Counted from the stretch's first letter, positions 1-9,590 are shown. The stretch is DNA of 64,000 nt from an uncultured Candidatus Saccharibacteria bacterium (GCA_964518965.1 CAZFJP010000010.1:30787-94786); one strand, 5' to 3'. Numbers and translations: made by a program. Notes: generated from the letters alone by a model not told the origin.

Positions 1-1939
1 TTTTGTTGGCAAAATACCATTGGAGAATTTCTCTTGCAATTGGCACAGCGGTTTTATGACCTTCCCCACCACCCTCTACAAGAACAACAAGAGCAATCTC
101 CGGGTTTTCGTAGGGAGCAAAAGCAGTGAACCAAGCGTGTTCTCTTTGGTTATTTGCGTATTGAGCGGTGCCGGTTTTGCCGGCAATGTCAACGCCGATA
201 CTGCCGATGTTGCGTGCGGAGCCACTAAGAACTGTTTGATGCATACCTTCACGGACGATTTGCAAATTTTCCTTGCTAATAAAGTTTTGATTAAGTATTT
301 GTTTCTTGAAATCTTTTATCACTCGGTCGTGGTTATCGCGAATTTGATAAACTAGTTGTGGTTTATAGAGTGTTCCGCCATTGGCGATCGCTGCAGTTGC
401 GTTGATTAACTGAAGGGGAGTGACTAGCAAGTCACCTTGACCAATTGCCATGTGGTAAATGTCTCCAATATACCAAGGTTCGCTTTTTACTTCGCGCTTC
501 CAATTCTCATCGGGGACTATTCCTTCTGATTCGTTGGGAAGGTCAATGGTTGTTTTTTGTCCCAAACCGAACTCTTCAAAAAAGTGACGTAGTTTTTCTA
601 ATCCTAACCCTTTAAAGTTTTTAAAACCACCAGATACAGTGTAGAAAAAAACGTCGCAGGATTGAGCAATTGCTTTTTTGACATCTACGATTCCGTGACC
701 ACTGTGAAGCCAGCAGAGAAAACGGTAGACAATGTTTTTATTGTATTGGTTTTCCACATCAATTTTTCCCTTGCAGTTTACTGTTGTCCACTCATTAATG
801 ACGTTACCCTCTAGGGCGGCAGCGGCAGTTAGAGGTTTGATGGTAGATCCCGGGGGGTAAGTGCCATTTATCGCACGGTTAAAGAGGGGTTTTCTCGGAT
901 CGTTACTTAAGTCAGTATATTCTTTCTTACTAATTCCTTTAGCAAAGAGATTGTTGTCAAAGTTCGGCCAGGAAACCATGCCCATTACTTCGCCATTTTG
1001 AGGGTTGAGAGCAATTGCAACGCCACTCTGGGAACCGGCACGAGCGATTCCTGCCGCAAGTGCCTTAGTCATTTTCTCTTCAAAGTCGGTGCGAATAGTA
1101 AGAATCAAGTTATGACCAGCAACTGCTTCTACTTCGGAGATTACTTTGGCGATTTTACCTACAGAATCAACTTCTACCTGTCGTTTTCCGTGTTTTCCTT
1201 TAAGGATATTTTCATACGACTTTTCTAGCCCGGTTTTACCGATGTAATCGTTAGGAGTATATTCATCCTTATTTTGTTCGTACTCCTGTTCGTTGATTTT
1301 ACCGGTGTGGCCAATAAGATGACTGTATAAATCACTATTGAGATAGCGGCGAATGGGATTTTTCTCAACTCTGATGCCAGGGAGTTGAGCGAATTTCGTT
1401 TCGAGAATCAATGCTTCCTTGCGGCTGATATTTTCTTGCAGTAAAACTGGATCTTTATAGCCGTTTCCTTTTTTAGCTATGATTTGATTCATTTTTTTTA
1501 CCGGAACAGAAGTGCTGTGTCTTACTTTTTTAAAAATTTGGTTACGTTCAGTTTCGTTGCGAGGAAGATCAGCAGGAATCATGACTAAGTCAAAACTGGG
1601 TAAATTATCAATCAATGGTTTTTTATCCCGGTCATAGATAATTCCCCGTGCTGCGCGGGTAGTTTCAATGCGAATGCGGTTTTCATCTGCAAGCGAAAGA
1701 TTGTAATTACCATGGATAATTTGCAGCTGAAAGAGACGTAAAGCAATTCCTAAGATGACAACGGGAATTCCCAGAGCAAGGATAATTAGCCGACGAGAAG
1801 GAATTGGATCTTCAATTTTTCCCTGTACATTGTTGTTTTTAAGTATGTTGTCTAAATCAAAAACCAGAGCATCTTTTTTGCTGCTAACTTTATAGCTTCT
1901 ACTTTTGATTTGTCCTGGTTCTTTGAAGAGGTTTTTCAT
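1..1939 (-). CDS. mrdA: Penicillin-binding protein 2 (class B transpeptidase), runs off window start
   Basis: ATG at 1939, just after mreD. The minus frame gives an N-terminal TM, 'PRGIIYDRD', 'LFNRAINGTYPPGSTIKP' (SxxK) and 'AGKTGTAQ' (KTG). It has no stop in the window, so it is missing from the ORF track. Confidence 0.93.
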   Translation of the reverse strand, partial: MKNLFKEPGQIKSRSYKVSSKKDALVFDLDNILKNNNVQGKIEDPIPSRRLIILALGIPVVILGIALRLFQLQIIHGNYNLSLADENRIRIETTRAARGIIYDRDKKPLIDNLPSFDLVMIPADLPRNETERNQIFKKVRHSTSVPVKKMNQIIAKKGNGYKDPVLLQENISRKEALILETKFAQLPGIRVEKNPIRRYLNSDLYSHLIGHTGKINEQEYEQNKDEYTPNDYIGKTGLEKSYENILKGKHGKRQVEVDSVGKIAKVISEVEAVAGHNLILTIRTDFEEKMTKALAAGIARAGSQSGVAIALNPQNGEVMGMVSWPNFDNNLFAKGISKKEYTDLSNDPRKPLFNRAINGTYPPGSTIKPLTAAAALEGNVINEWTTVNCKGKIDVENQYNKNIVYRFLCWLHSGHGIVDVKKAIAQSCDVFFYTVSGGFKNFKGLGLEKLRHFFEEFGLGQKTTIDLPNESEGIVPDENWKREVKSEPWYIGDIYHMAIGQGDLLVTPLQLINATAAIANGGTLYKPQLVYQIRDNHDRVIKDFKKQILNQNFISKENLQIVREGMHQTVLSGSARNIGSIGVDIAGKTGTAQYANNQREHAWFTAFAPYENPEIALVVLVEGGGEGHKTAVPIAREILQWYFANK

Positions 1940-1940
1940 T

Positions 1941-2480
1941 TTATTTGGAGGTAGGAATTTTTACTGTTTGTTCGTGGCGTGAAACCCATTCATTGAACCA
2001 CTCTAGTGGTTTTAGAATAACGATAAAAGCTATAAGTTCGTAGAGTATTTCTCGGGGTGTCAATTTGAAGAGATAATCAATTGGAACAAGAATAGTTGAC
2101 TCAATGTGGATTAGGTTAAGGAATTGTTGGAGAAGGAAGTAGAAAGTATTAAAAAGAAGAAAGGCAGTAAGGGCAGTCAAAACTTTAAAAGGGAAATTGA
2201 TGTCACTGACAAAATTTTGTTTGACAAAGCTAATCAGGAAAGTGATTAAAACGAAGAGTAAAGTGTAAATACCAAAGGTGCCGGAGGAAAAAAGATCTAA
2301 AGTTATTCCAGCAGTAATTGCCCAGACGATACATTCTTCTGGCGGCCGTAAAAATGCCCAGATTACTAAAATAACCAAAGCAATATTGGGAATTAGATTG
2401 AAGGCGGTAAAATGGGGGAGTAAGGTTATTTGCAGTAATCCGGTGAAGATGATAAGGGGGATGCCTATTAAGTTTCGCAT
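1941..2480 (-). CDS. mreD: Rod shape-determining protein MreD
   Basis: Hydrophobic 179 aa protein with 'PNIALV...AGITLDLFS..FG', between mreC and mrdA. Confidence 0.85.
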   Translation of the reverse strand: MRNLIGIPLIIFTGLLQITLLPHFTAFNLIPNIALVILVIWAFLRPPEECIVWAITAGITLDLFSSGTFGIYTLLFVLITFLISFVKQNFVSDINFPFKVLTALTAFLLFNTFYFLLQQFLNLIHIESTILVPIDYLFKLTPREILYELIAFIVILKPLEWFNEWVSRHEQTVKIPTSK

Positions 2481-3289
2481 TAGTGCCCTAAGATTATAAA
2501 GACGCTTTCTAAATCTTTGAAATTAACTGTTGGTTTGATCATCGCAGTTTGGAAAATCTCGTTGTCGGCTTTATCAACGCTGTCTACAGTTCCAATAATG
2601 ATTCCTTTGGGAAGTAGTCCACCTAATCCTGAAGTAATGACTGTGTCTCCTTCTTTGACGACAATATTTTGGGGAATTAATTCCATCTTCATGCTGTAAC
2701 CGAGTTGTCCTTTGATTACTCCAGAGGCACGAGATTCCTGAATATAAGCGTTAACAATACTAGTTTGATCAGTGATTAGCAAAACTTTAGAAGTGTAGTA
2801 GTCAGTTTCTTTAATGATGCCAATTAAGGCGCCATTAAAGGTTACCGCTAATCCGGGTTTTACTCCTGTTTTCTCTCCTTGATCTAGAGTGAGGAATTGC
2901 AGGGCACTTTGAGGGTTGCGGTTGATAACATCTGCTTGGAGGAGACGGAAGTTGCTTTGTTGTTTGAATCCTAATTGTTGTTTGAGTAGATTGTTTTCTT
3001 TTTTTGTTTCTTTTAGTTTGGTATTTTCAGAGACCAGTTGGGCATTACGATTTTTTAGTTCCTGATTCTCCCGTGAAAGATTATTAATTGAGCTAAGGAT
3101 ATCAAAGAAGTTGCTGATTCCCTGACCAGCACGAAAGAGGGCAATTTGAAAAGGAGAAGTCATTTTTACGGTGATGTCTTTAACCGGTCCAAGTAAGCCA
3201 GTTTTATCTAAAAGTACCCCCGAGAAAATAACCAGGAGGGTGATAAAAAGGAGGAGAATTGTTTTTGGTTTGAGGTTAACTTGAGCCAT
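2480..3289 (-). CDS. mreC: Rod shape-determining protein MreC
   Basis: TM, coiled coil, 'LDQGEKTGVKPG', 'GDTVITSGLGGLLPKGIIIG'. Likely start is ATG 3289; the ORF track extends to 3403. Confidence 0.93.
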   Translation of the reverse strand: MAQVNLKPKTILLLFITLLVIFSGVLLDKTGLLGPVKDITVKMTSPFQIALFRAGQGISNFFDILSSINNLSRENQELKNRNAQLVSENTKLKETKKENNLLKQQLGFKQQSNFRLLQADVINRNPQSALQFLTLDQGEKTGVKPGLAVTFNGALIGIIKETDYYTSKVLLITDQTSIVNAYIQESRASGVIKGQLGYSMKMELIPQNIVVKEGDTVITSGLGGLLPKGIIIGTVDSVDKADNEIFQTAMIKPTVNFKDLESVFIILGH

Positions 3290-3374
3290 ATTTCTTGATT
3301 GTAATAGTATTTTAGCATAAAACAGCGTTAAAAAAAACGGGCTTTTGGACCCGTCGCTTTTTAGTTTAATTATC

Positions 3375-4121
3375 TTACTGAACTGAAGCGGTTTGGCGTT
3401 CAAAGAAAATTTCGCTTAAAGTTTTCAGAAAAACAGTACGTTGACCTTTTATTTGCTTAATTAATTTTTTAATGATGGTAGTGCTTTTGTTGAGGGAAAA
3501 AATCATAGGTGTTGCAGGAGAGTTCCATTGAGGTAATGAATAGTTAGTCTGAGTTTGAGTGGGAAGAATGTTTCTGGATGTTGATGGTTCGGTAATTACT
3601 CTCGTTGGAACACCAAGAAATTGAACAGTTAGAGCGGTAGTTTGTCCCTGGAAATTTCCCGTTTTGGTTGCAATGCCAATTTCCTGAAAGCGCGAATTTA
3701 AAATGTTAGCACGGTGGGTGGGGCTTGCCATCCACGCGTTGAACAAAACTTGATTGGTGATAAAGCCATTTGCCAAGTTTTCTCCAGCGCTTACATAGGA
3801 ATAGCCAACTGTTTTCATAAAGTACCAACCGGTTAGTCCTTGCGGGCTTATGTGGGCAAAGTATTGTTTTGCAAACATGTCATCTACTTTGCGGGAAGCG
3901 GCTTGAACTAAGAAGGGATTTACTCTTAAGGTATTAAGCCCGTGTTGAGTGCGAACTTGGTTGGTAAGGGAAGTTAAAACTGAGGCGTTAATTTGCGGGG
4001 GAATGGCGTAAGAGGCTTTAGCGCTATCGGCGAAGCGGGGGGTAAAAATAGTTACTAGAAGCAAAGTACTGATGATCAAAACACCCCATTTTTTTAATTT
4101 GGTTTGGTTTTGGTTTTTCAT
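3375..4121 (-). CDS. Secreted CAP/SCP domain protein
   Basis: Signal peptide, 'LTNQVR..HGL..L', 'YFAHISP', 'AGENLA', 'WMASPTHRANIL'. Confidence 0.9.
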   Translation of the reverse strand: MKNQNQTKLKKWGVLIISTLLLVTIFTPRFADSAKASYAIPPQINASVLTSLTNQVRTQHGLNTLRVNPFLVQAASRKVDDMFAKQYFAHISPQGLTGWYFMKTVGYSYVSAGENLANGFITNQVLFNAWMASPTHRANILNSRFQEIGIATKTGNFQGQTTALTVQFLGVPTRVITEPSTSRNILPTQTQTNYSLPQWNSPATPMIFSLNKSTTIIKKLIKQIKGQRTVFLKTLSEIFFERQTASVQ

Positions 4122-4345
4122 TTTTATTCTTGTATGTAGCCTGTTTTATACGAGCCTGCTTGACGAACTTTGAGTGGAGTGGAGAAGTGAGTGTAGGGTA
4201 AGTAGTCAGATTACTTAATTATAACATAAAATCCGACTTCTGTAAATCCTGTGCCGTTCGGTACGGGGACAGGGAGTATAAACAGAAAGACAAAGAATCT
4301 TGCTAAATGGCAAGGGCGTTACTTTGAGAAATTTTGGTTAATGAA

Positions 4346-4385
4346 AAGCCGCCCTACGAAGAGGATTCGTATTAGTGGGCGGCTT
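4346..4385 (-). terminator. Intrinsic terminator after orphan coiled-coil gene
   Basis: AAGCCGCCC...GGGCGGCTT stem with a U-run on the minus strand, just past the stop at 4395. Confidence 0.55.
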
Positions 4386-4394
4386 ATCGGGGGT

Positions 4395-5345
4395 TTATTT
4401 CCGCCGTTTTAACATCTCCTCTTGGGAGATGTATCTCCAGCCCCCCTTTTCGGGAGATCTGGAGGTGATGCGGGTTTTTTTCGGCGGAGCCGGTTCTTCC
4501 TCCACCGTGGTGGGAGTGGGGAGATAGACGTAGACGGGAGCGGGCGGTGACTGCTTCAGGAAGACAAAGTACTTGCCCTCCTTTGTCAGCCCCACTCCCG
4601 CGAGTTTGTCTCCTTTTCTGGGCTCGGCTACGGCGTAGAACCTGTCGAAGTTGGGAACCGTATAGACTTTATCTTCGGTCTCGATCCGACAAGTGTGGCC
4701 TTCGTAGGTCACCCTTGCGATCGTTCCCGTCAGGGCGACGGGAGAAGCGGCCGTTGCTGTTTCATCCGGCGCGAATGGCCCGGTCTCGTAGTAATAATTG
4801 ACTCCAAGCCAAGCACAAACGCCGGTCACGGCGAGGGCAATTACCGCGACTGCCCAGCCAGCGAGAGCCCACCGGAAGTTTCGTTTCCTTTTCCGGTTGG
4901 CTTCCCCGAGCTTTGCGCCGAGTTCTTTGGATTCGGCTTGCGCCTCATCCATTTTTTTCTCGGCAAAAGTAGCGGTCCCCTCGGCGGCTGCCTTTTGGGT
5001 GAGGAGGTCTTCCAACCGCTCGTTAAGAGCAGCGTTTTCCTCCCGAAGCTTGGCAAGAGTTTCCTTGTCAAGTTCTACTTCCTTGGAAACCCTTACCAAG
5101 TTGTTATTAGCGACTTCAAGGTCTTGCTCTAGCGCGGCGACTTTCTTGCCGGAGGTCTCGATCTCGGCGCGAGCCTCTCTGAGATGCACCGAGATGTCGT
5201 CGCGCTCGGCCTCGATGCGGCCGATTTTTTCGGTCGCGGCGACAAGTGCCGCTTTTTTTTCCTCCAGCTCTTGTTGGAGGCGGCGCAGTTCTTCTGCTGC
5301 CTTCTCAAGCTGCTGGAGGAGCAGCTCTTCCTTGTTATTTTCCAT
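4395..5345 (-). CDS. Hypothetical protein: long coiled coil, TM helix, extracytoplasmic domain
   Basis: Open frame with GGAGG RBS before ATG 5345; visibly more GC-rich than its flanks. Confidence 0.75.
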   Translation of the reverse strand: MENNKEELLLQQLEKAAEELRRLQQELEEKKAALVAATEKIGRIEAERDDISVHLREARAEIETSGKKVAALEQDLEVANNNLVRVSKEVELDKETLAKLREENAALNERLEDLLTQKAAAEGTATFAEKKMDEAQAESKELGAKLGEANRKRKRNFRWALAGWAVAVIALAVTGVCAWLGVNYYYETGPFAPDETATAASPVALTGTIARVTYEGHTCRIETEDKVYTVPNFDRFYAVAEPRKGDKLAGVGLTKEGKYFVFLKQSPPAPVYVYLPTPTTVEEEPAPPKKTRITSRSPEKGGWRYISQEEMLKRRK

Positions 5346-5520
5346 CTTGACCTCCAAAAATGAAAAATGAAAAAACTGTTAAAGTTCAGATTTCCTCTCT
5401 AATCTTTGGGTCTTTTTTATAAGATTTTCTTATCTAAAACGCCTTATCATACACTAAAAAATACTTGGAGTCAAGTGTCGTATCTAAAAAATCCCTTTTG
5501 GAAGGGATTAATATAACAGC

Positions 5521-5636
5521 TAAAGGCAGAAGTCAAAAGGCAAAAAGCAAAAGTAGAGGTAAAAAGGTAAAAGCTTAGGCAGTTTCTTTTTACCTTTACT
5601 TTCGCTTTTATCTTTTGCTTTTTGATTTTTGCCTTT
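5521..5636. repeat. Inverted heptamer-periodic array (AAAGGCA/AAAGTCA/AAAAGCA ... TGCTTTT/TGCCTTT)
   Basis: A-rich 7-nt-period arm followed by a complementary T-rich arm; the same left arm occurs at 5740 and 19318. Confidence 0.75.
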
Positions 5637-5657
5637 CGTCCCGCGTAGCGGGACGAG

Positions 5658-5733
5658 TGGTGGGCTCGGTAGGAATTGAACCTACGACCAATCCCTTATG
5701 AGGGGACTGCTCTAACCGCTGAGCTACGAGCCC
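5658..5733 (-). tRNA. tRNA with CAT anticodon, probably tRNA-Ile2 (lysidine type); Met not excluded
   Basis: GGGCTCGTAGCTCAGCGGTTAGAGCAGTCCCCT-CAT-AAGGGATTGGTCGTAGGTTCAATTCCTACCGAGCCCACCA; cloverleaf with encoded CCA, resembles Ile2 tRNAs. Confidence 0.9.
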
Positions 5734-5739
5734 AATAAT

Positions 5740-5870
5740 AAAAGGCAAAAGTCAAAAGACAAAAAGCAAAAGTAAAGGTAAAAGTTAAAAATGGACAGGG
5801 TGGAAGTATCTATTTTTAGCTTTTTAATTTAATTTACTTTTGCCTTTTATCCTTTACCCTTTACCTTTTT
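5740..5870. repeat. Inverted heptamer-periodic array
   Basis: AAAGGCAAAAGTCAAAAGACAAAAAGCAAAAGTA ... TACTTTTGCCTTTTATCCTTTACCCTTTACCTTT. Confidence 0.75.
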
Positions 5871-6566
5871 TTATTTCGCAGTTGCTAAATTGTAATCTCC
5901 GTTATAGTGTTTTACAATTCCAGCATGATTCAATGGCCATGCACGCAGCCAAACTTTTCCGATAATATTGCAGCGGGCTAGCTCACCCCATTCACGAGAA
6001 TCAGACGATGCGTTCGGTTGACGGTTATCGCCAATGACAAAATAGTCATCAGCGTCTAATTCTTCTATTACTTCTCCTAGTGTTTCCCAATCGGCGGGGA
6101 TATATGGTTCTTTTAATTGTACACCTTTGGGATTTTCTTTATTGTAGATAATTATACGACCGTCGGAAACTTCTACTTTTTCACCTGGTAATCCGATAAT
6201 TCTTTTAATATAATTTTTGGAAGGATCTTTGGGGTAATTAAAAACGATTACGTCACCACGTTTAGGGGAGGTAAAACGATAACTGATTTCGTCAACAATT
6301 AAATATTCGCCATCTTTAAAGTTTGGTTCCATACTTTGACCCATTACGTAAAACGGCTGGATTAAGAAATAACGAATTAGGAAAACAATTACCAAAACAC
6401 TGATAACCGTTTCGGCAACTTCCATTACAAAATTGCCAACTGATTTTAAGAAATCGCCAAAGCCACCTTCTTCTTTTTTATCTAAATTAACAGTTTTCTT
6501 TTCTTCATAGAAAAAGCTTGGTTTTTTCTTTTCCTTATTTTTTTCAGATAACTTATTGTTTTTCAT
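5871..6566 (-). CDS. lepB: Signal peptidase I
   Basis: 'GQSMEPNF', 'YIKRIIGLPG', 'GDNR..SSDSREWG'. Confidence 0.95.
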   Translation of the reverse strand: MKNNKLSEKNKEKKKPSFFYEEKKTVNLDKKEEGGFGDFLKSVGNFVMEVAETVISVLVIVFLIRYFLIQPFYVMGQSMEPNFKDGEYLIVDEISYRFTSPKRGDVIVFNYPKDPSKNYIKRIIGLPGEKVEVSDGRIIIYNKENPKGVQLKEPYIPADWETLGEVIEELDADDYFVIGDNRQPNASSDSREWGELARCNIIGKVWLRAWPLNHAGIVKHYNGDYNLATAK

Positions 6567-6593
6567 TAACCATTATCATTAGCTATTTAGTTC

Positions 6594-6670
6594 TGGTGGT
6601 CGCACCTGGATTTGAACCAGGGAGCTCTGCAATGTGAATGCAGCGTTCTAACCAACTGAACTATGCGACC
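6594..6670 (-). tRNA. tRNA-Val(CAC)
   Basis: GGTCGCATAGTTCAGTTGGTTAGAACGCTGCATT-CAC-ATTGCAGAGCTCCCTGGTTCAAATCCAGGTGCGACCACCA. Confidence 0.93.
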
Positions 6671-6677
6671 TTAATAA

Positions 6678-6788
6678 ATTGCAACGCTCCCTTGCTTACC
6701 GGCAGGCAGGTAACCTCCGCCAAAGACGGACCTTCGTCAGAGGGCAAATGTGCTTCAGGAGCACGCCTCTGGCGGGAACTGAGCTATG
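6678..6788 (-). pseudogene. Relic tRNA 5' half interrupted by two palindromic insertions
   Basis: Removing 6690-6710 and 6716-6776 leaves a D-arm and anticodon-stem fragment 25/29 identical to the adjacent tRNA-Val. Confidence 0.65.
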
Positions 6789-6943
6789 AATCTCCCCAAG
6801 ACAAAACCCACATTTCTATTGCTATTCTACAACATTTTTCATAAAAAAGCAAATTAATTTTAGATTGCTTGATAATTGAAACTTGCTACTTGATATTTAT
6901 TTTTGCTATAATACAGCCACATTGATCAATATATTAAGAGAAG

Positions 6944-8338
6944 ATGGTAAATAGACATCTTGATTTTAATCATAAGTTTGAGGGAAGTTCCGCAACAGCA
7001 ATGATAGCAAAAAAGCCGTGGCCTTGGCGTCTTGGTAAAAAGAAACTAGTTCTTTTAGTAGCCACCCTTTTTTTGGTAGTCGGAGTTGGATTTTTAGTGG
7101 GAAAAGCAGTAATTACTGCGCGACGGGTAATTACCGAAAATACTTCCGGGTCTCCTTTCTTACGGGGGATATTGGGTGATGTTGATTTTCGTCAGCTGAA
7201 AGGGGAAGGTGATGGTAGAATTAATATTTTGCTTTTAGGAATGGGAGGTGATAATCATCCCGCTGGTAATTTAAGCGACACGATTATTGTTTTAAGCATT
7301 GATCCGAAAAATAAAAATGCGGCAATGCTTTCCATTCCTCGTGATCTTTATGTGAATACCGGTTATGGTTACGGCAAAGTGAACACCGTTTATGCCTATG
7401 GCGAGATGAATAAATATTCCAGCGGCGGCGGAGCATTAGCAAAAAAACAAATTGGAGAGATTTTAGATTTACCGATTCATTATTATGCTCGGCTTGATTT
7501 TGAAGGCTTCCGCAAAATGGTGGATGAGGTGGGGGGAGTGACAATTAACGTCGAAAAAAGTATTGCGGATTACACTTACCCGGATGAAAATATGCAAGGG
7601 TATGAACCGTTTTTCATTAGCAAAGGTGTTCATCACATGAATGGTATTCTGGCTTTAAAATATGCTCGCTCTCGTCATACGACTAGTGATTTCGATCGTG
7701 CCAGACGTCAGCAGCAAGTTTTATCCGCCGTGCGTGAGAAGGCCCTAAAAATTGGTTTTATTTCCAATCCCAAAAAGATTTCAGACGTCTTAGACATTTT
7801 AGGAGATCATCTGCGCACCGATATTCAGCTTTGGGAAATGGAGCGTTTATATGAAATTGTTAAAGAGTTGAATACTGATACCATTGTTAATAAAGTAATT
7901 GATAACAGTAAGACCGGTTTACTTGTTGCGAAGCATGATTCTAAAGCGGGCTATATTTTAGTACCGCGCACTGGTGATTTTAGCGAGATTCGTAATTTTG
8001 CACATTCTATTTTTACCGATAGTTATATCAAAGGAGAAAAAGCGCGTTTGGTTGTGATGAATGGTACAACACGTTATGGTTTGGCTCACACTGTTTCCAA
8101 TATGTTAAAATCTTATGGTTATAATGTAGTAAAAACAAAAAACGCGAAAAGTAGAAATTATACGAATTGTGTGATTTATGATTATACTAATGGAGCAAAA
8201 CCCTATACCGTTCAGTATTTACGCAATCGTTTCAGTGCAGAGGTGAAAACTTTTAGTCAGTTGCCCTCCGACCAATCAGAAATTGTTTTGGTATTGGGTA
8301 GTTATTATCAAGTGACCAATAATTATTATCAGTATTAA
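6944..8338 (+). CDS. LCP (LytR-CpsA-Psr) family protein with LytR_C domain
   Basis: 'INILLLG', 'SDTIIV', 'SIPRDLYV', 'YARSRH..SDFDRARRQQ', C-terminal 'VMNGT..GLA'. Confidence 0.93.
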   Translation: MVNRHLDFNHKFEGSSATAMIAKKPWPWRLGKKKLVLLVATLFLVVGVGFLVGKAVITARRVITENTSGSPFLRGILGDVDFRQLKGEGDGRINILLLGMGGDNHPAGNLSDTIIVLSIDPKNKNAAMLSIPRDLYVNTGYGYGKVNTVYAYGEMNKYSSGGGALAKKQIGEILDLPIHYYARLDFEGFRKMVDEVGGVTINVEKSIADYTYPDENMQGYEPFFISKGVHHMNGILALKYARSRHTTSDFDRARRQQQVLSAVREKALKIGFISNPKKISDVLDILGDHLRTDIQLWEMERLYEIVKELNTDTIVNKVIDNSKTGLLVAKHDSKAGYILVPRTGDFSEIRNFAHSIFTDSYIKGEKARLVVMNGTTRYGLAHTVSNMLKSYGYNVVKTKNAKSRNYTNCVIYDYTNGAKPYTVQYLRNRFSAEVKTFSQLPSDQSEIVLVLGSYYQVTNNYYQY

Positions 8339-8354
8339 AAATTAAAGACAAACT

Positions 8355-9137
8355 ATGGATCGTGGTCATCTTAAAGCGATTATCCTAGCGACTGTAATTA
8401 CCGCAGGAATGGAGTCTTTGTTGTTCTATGAGCATTTTTGGCAGGAGATACTGGCAGTTTTGGGGTTTGTTGTCTTGTTGGGAAGTTTATGGGTTTTGCA
8501 TTTTGATCTACGCCAAAAAGTTACCCGATCGTCTTATACTTATTTTTTAATTCGGACGCTGTTACTCTTGGGGAGTGGCGTAGTGTTTGTTACTTTTCTA
8601 CAGGGTTTTGCTTTTCGTCAGGGATTAATAGTTATTCTTGCCATTTCCTTTTTTATTCTTTTTCGTGCTTTCAATGCTTTTATTCGCAAAGGTTTTCGTT
8701 TTGCTCCGGTTTCGCGGAATAATTTAAGTTTAATTACTTTCTTCACAGCATTTTTGAGTTATGCGATTATTTTTGGCGGTTATCTTTATTTTTCTTGGCC
8801 TGGTTACTTACTAATGATTTTAGTTGCCTTTGTTTCCTTTTTAATTTTCAATCAATCTTTTTGGCAGCATGATTTATTTCAGCCTCGGCGTTGGGTTTAT
8901 ATTTTAGGAGCATCATTTTTATTGGGTGAGGTAGCATGGGTGATGAGTTACACACCGATCAATTATTTAGCTGGAGGTTTGGTATTTTTGGTAGTTTATT
9001 ATGTATTGTGGGGTTTGACGCAACATTACTTTGAGGAAGTTTTGACAAGGCGTTTAGTTTTGGAACATGTGATTATTGCATTTATTGCCCTAGCGCTAGT
9101 GTTGAGTACCGCAAGGTGGTTGCCAATTTCCTCTTAA
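8355..9137 (+). CDS. Multi-pass membrane protein
   Basis: About 8 hydrophobic segments, co-oriented directly after the LCP gene. Confidence 0.8.
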   Translation: MDRGHLKAIILATVITAGMESLLFYEHFWQEILAVLGFVVLLGSLWVLHFDLRQKVTRSSYTYFLIRTLLLLGSGVVFVTFLQGFAFRQGLIVILAISFFILFRAFNAFIRKGFRFAPVSRNNLSLITFFTAFLSYAIIFGGYLYFSWPGYLLMILVAFVSFLIFNQSFWQHDLFQPRRWVYILGASFLLGEVAWVMSYTPINYLAGGLVFLVVYYVLWGLTQHYFEEVLTRRLVLEHVIIAFIALALVLSTARWLPISS

Positions 9138-9172
9138 AAAAGCCAACTGTGGATTATTTGACTTGATATCCC

Positions 9173-9200
9173 TTGCATTTAAGGTTTTTTTTGTTATAAT
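9173..9200 (+). promoter_or_regulatory. Sigma70-type promoter for HU
   Basis: TTGCAT, 16-nt spacer, TATAAT with a TG extension. Confidence 0.6.
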
Positions 9201-9317
9201 AAAGCCGTGTTAGAGATGAGTTTGAAAACCCTTGGTACAAAAAGATAAATTGTTCTGTATTGGTAGCAAAAATCGTTAGTTAATCATAATTTTCCCACGG
9301 GAAGGGGGTGAAAATTA

Positions 9318-9590
9318 ATGACAAAAAGCGACTTAATCGAGAGCATTGCCAAAGAGGTTGGTGTTCCCAAAGCAAAAGCGGAGAAAATGGTCAATGTTTT
9401 TATTGAGCACATTCGCTCTACGCTTTCCTCTGGTGGCAAAGTTACCGTTACTGGTTTCGGTACTTTTACTGTTAGCCATCGTGCTGCTCGCAGCGGGAGA
9501 AATCCGCAGACTGGTGAAACGATTCAGATTCCTGCGGTTAATGTTCCGCACTTCAAGGCGGGTAAAGCTTTCAAGGAAGCGGTCCGCTAA
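9318..9590 (+). CDS. hup: DNA-binding protein HU
   Basis: 'MTKSDLI', 'GFGTF', 'ARSGRNPQTGETIQIPA'. Confidence 0.96.
   Translation: MTKSDLIESIAKEVGVPKAKAEKMVNVFIEHIRSTLSSGGKVTVTGFGTFTVSHRAARSGRNPQTGETIQIPAVNVPHFKAGKAFKEAVR

Noticed and set aside
20-1228. Plus-strand ORFs 20-355 and 998-1228
   Set aside because: Antisense shadows of mrdA, which fills 1-1939 on the minus strand
4547-5370. Several overlapping ORFs (84, 145, 190 and 76 aa)
   Set aside because: Alternative frames of a GC-rich gene, without RBS or recognisable motifs
6638-6844. 68-aa ORF after tRNA-Val
   Set aside because: Overlaps the tRNA and is made of palindromic inserts in a tRNA relic
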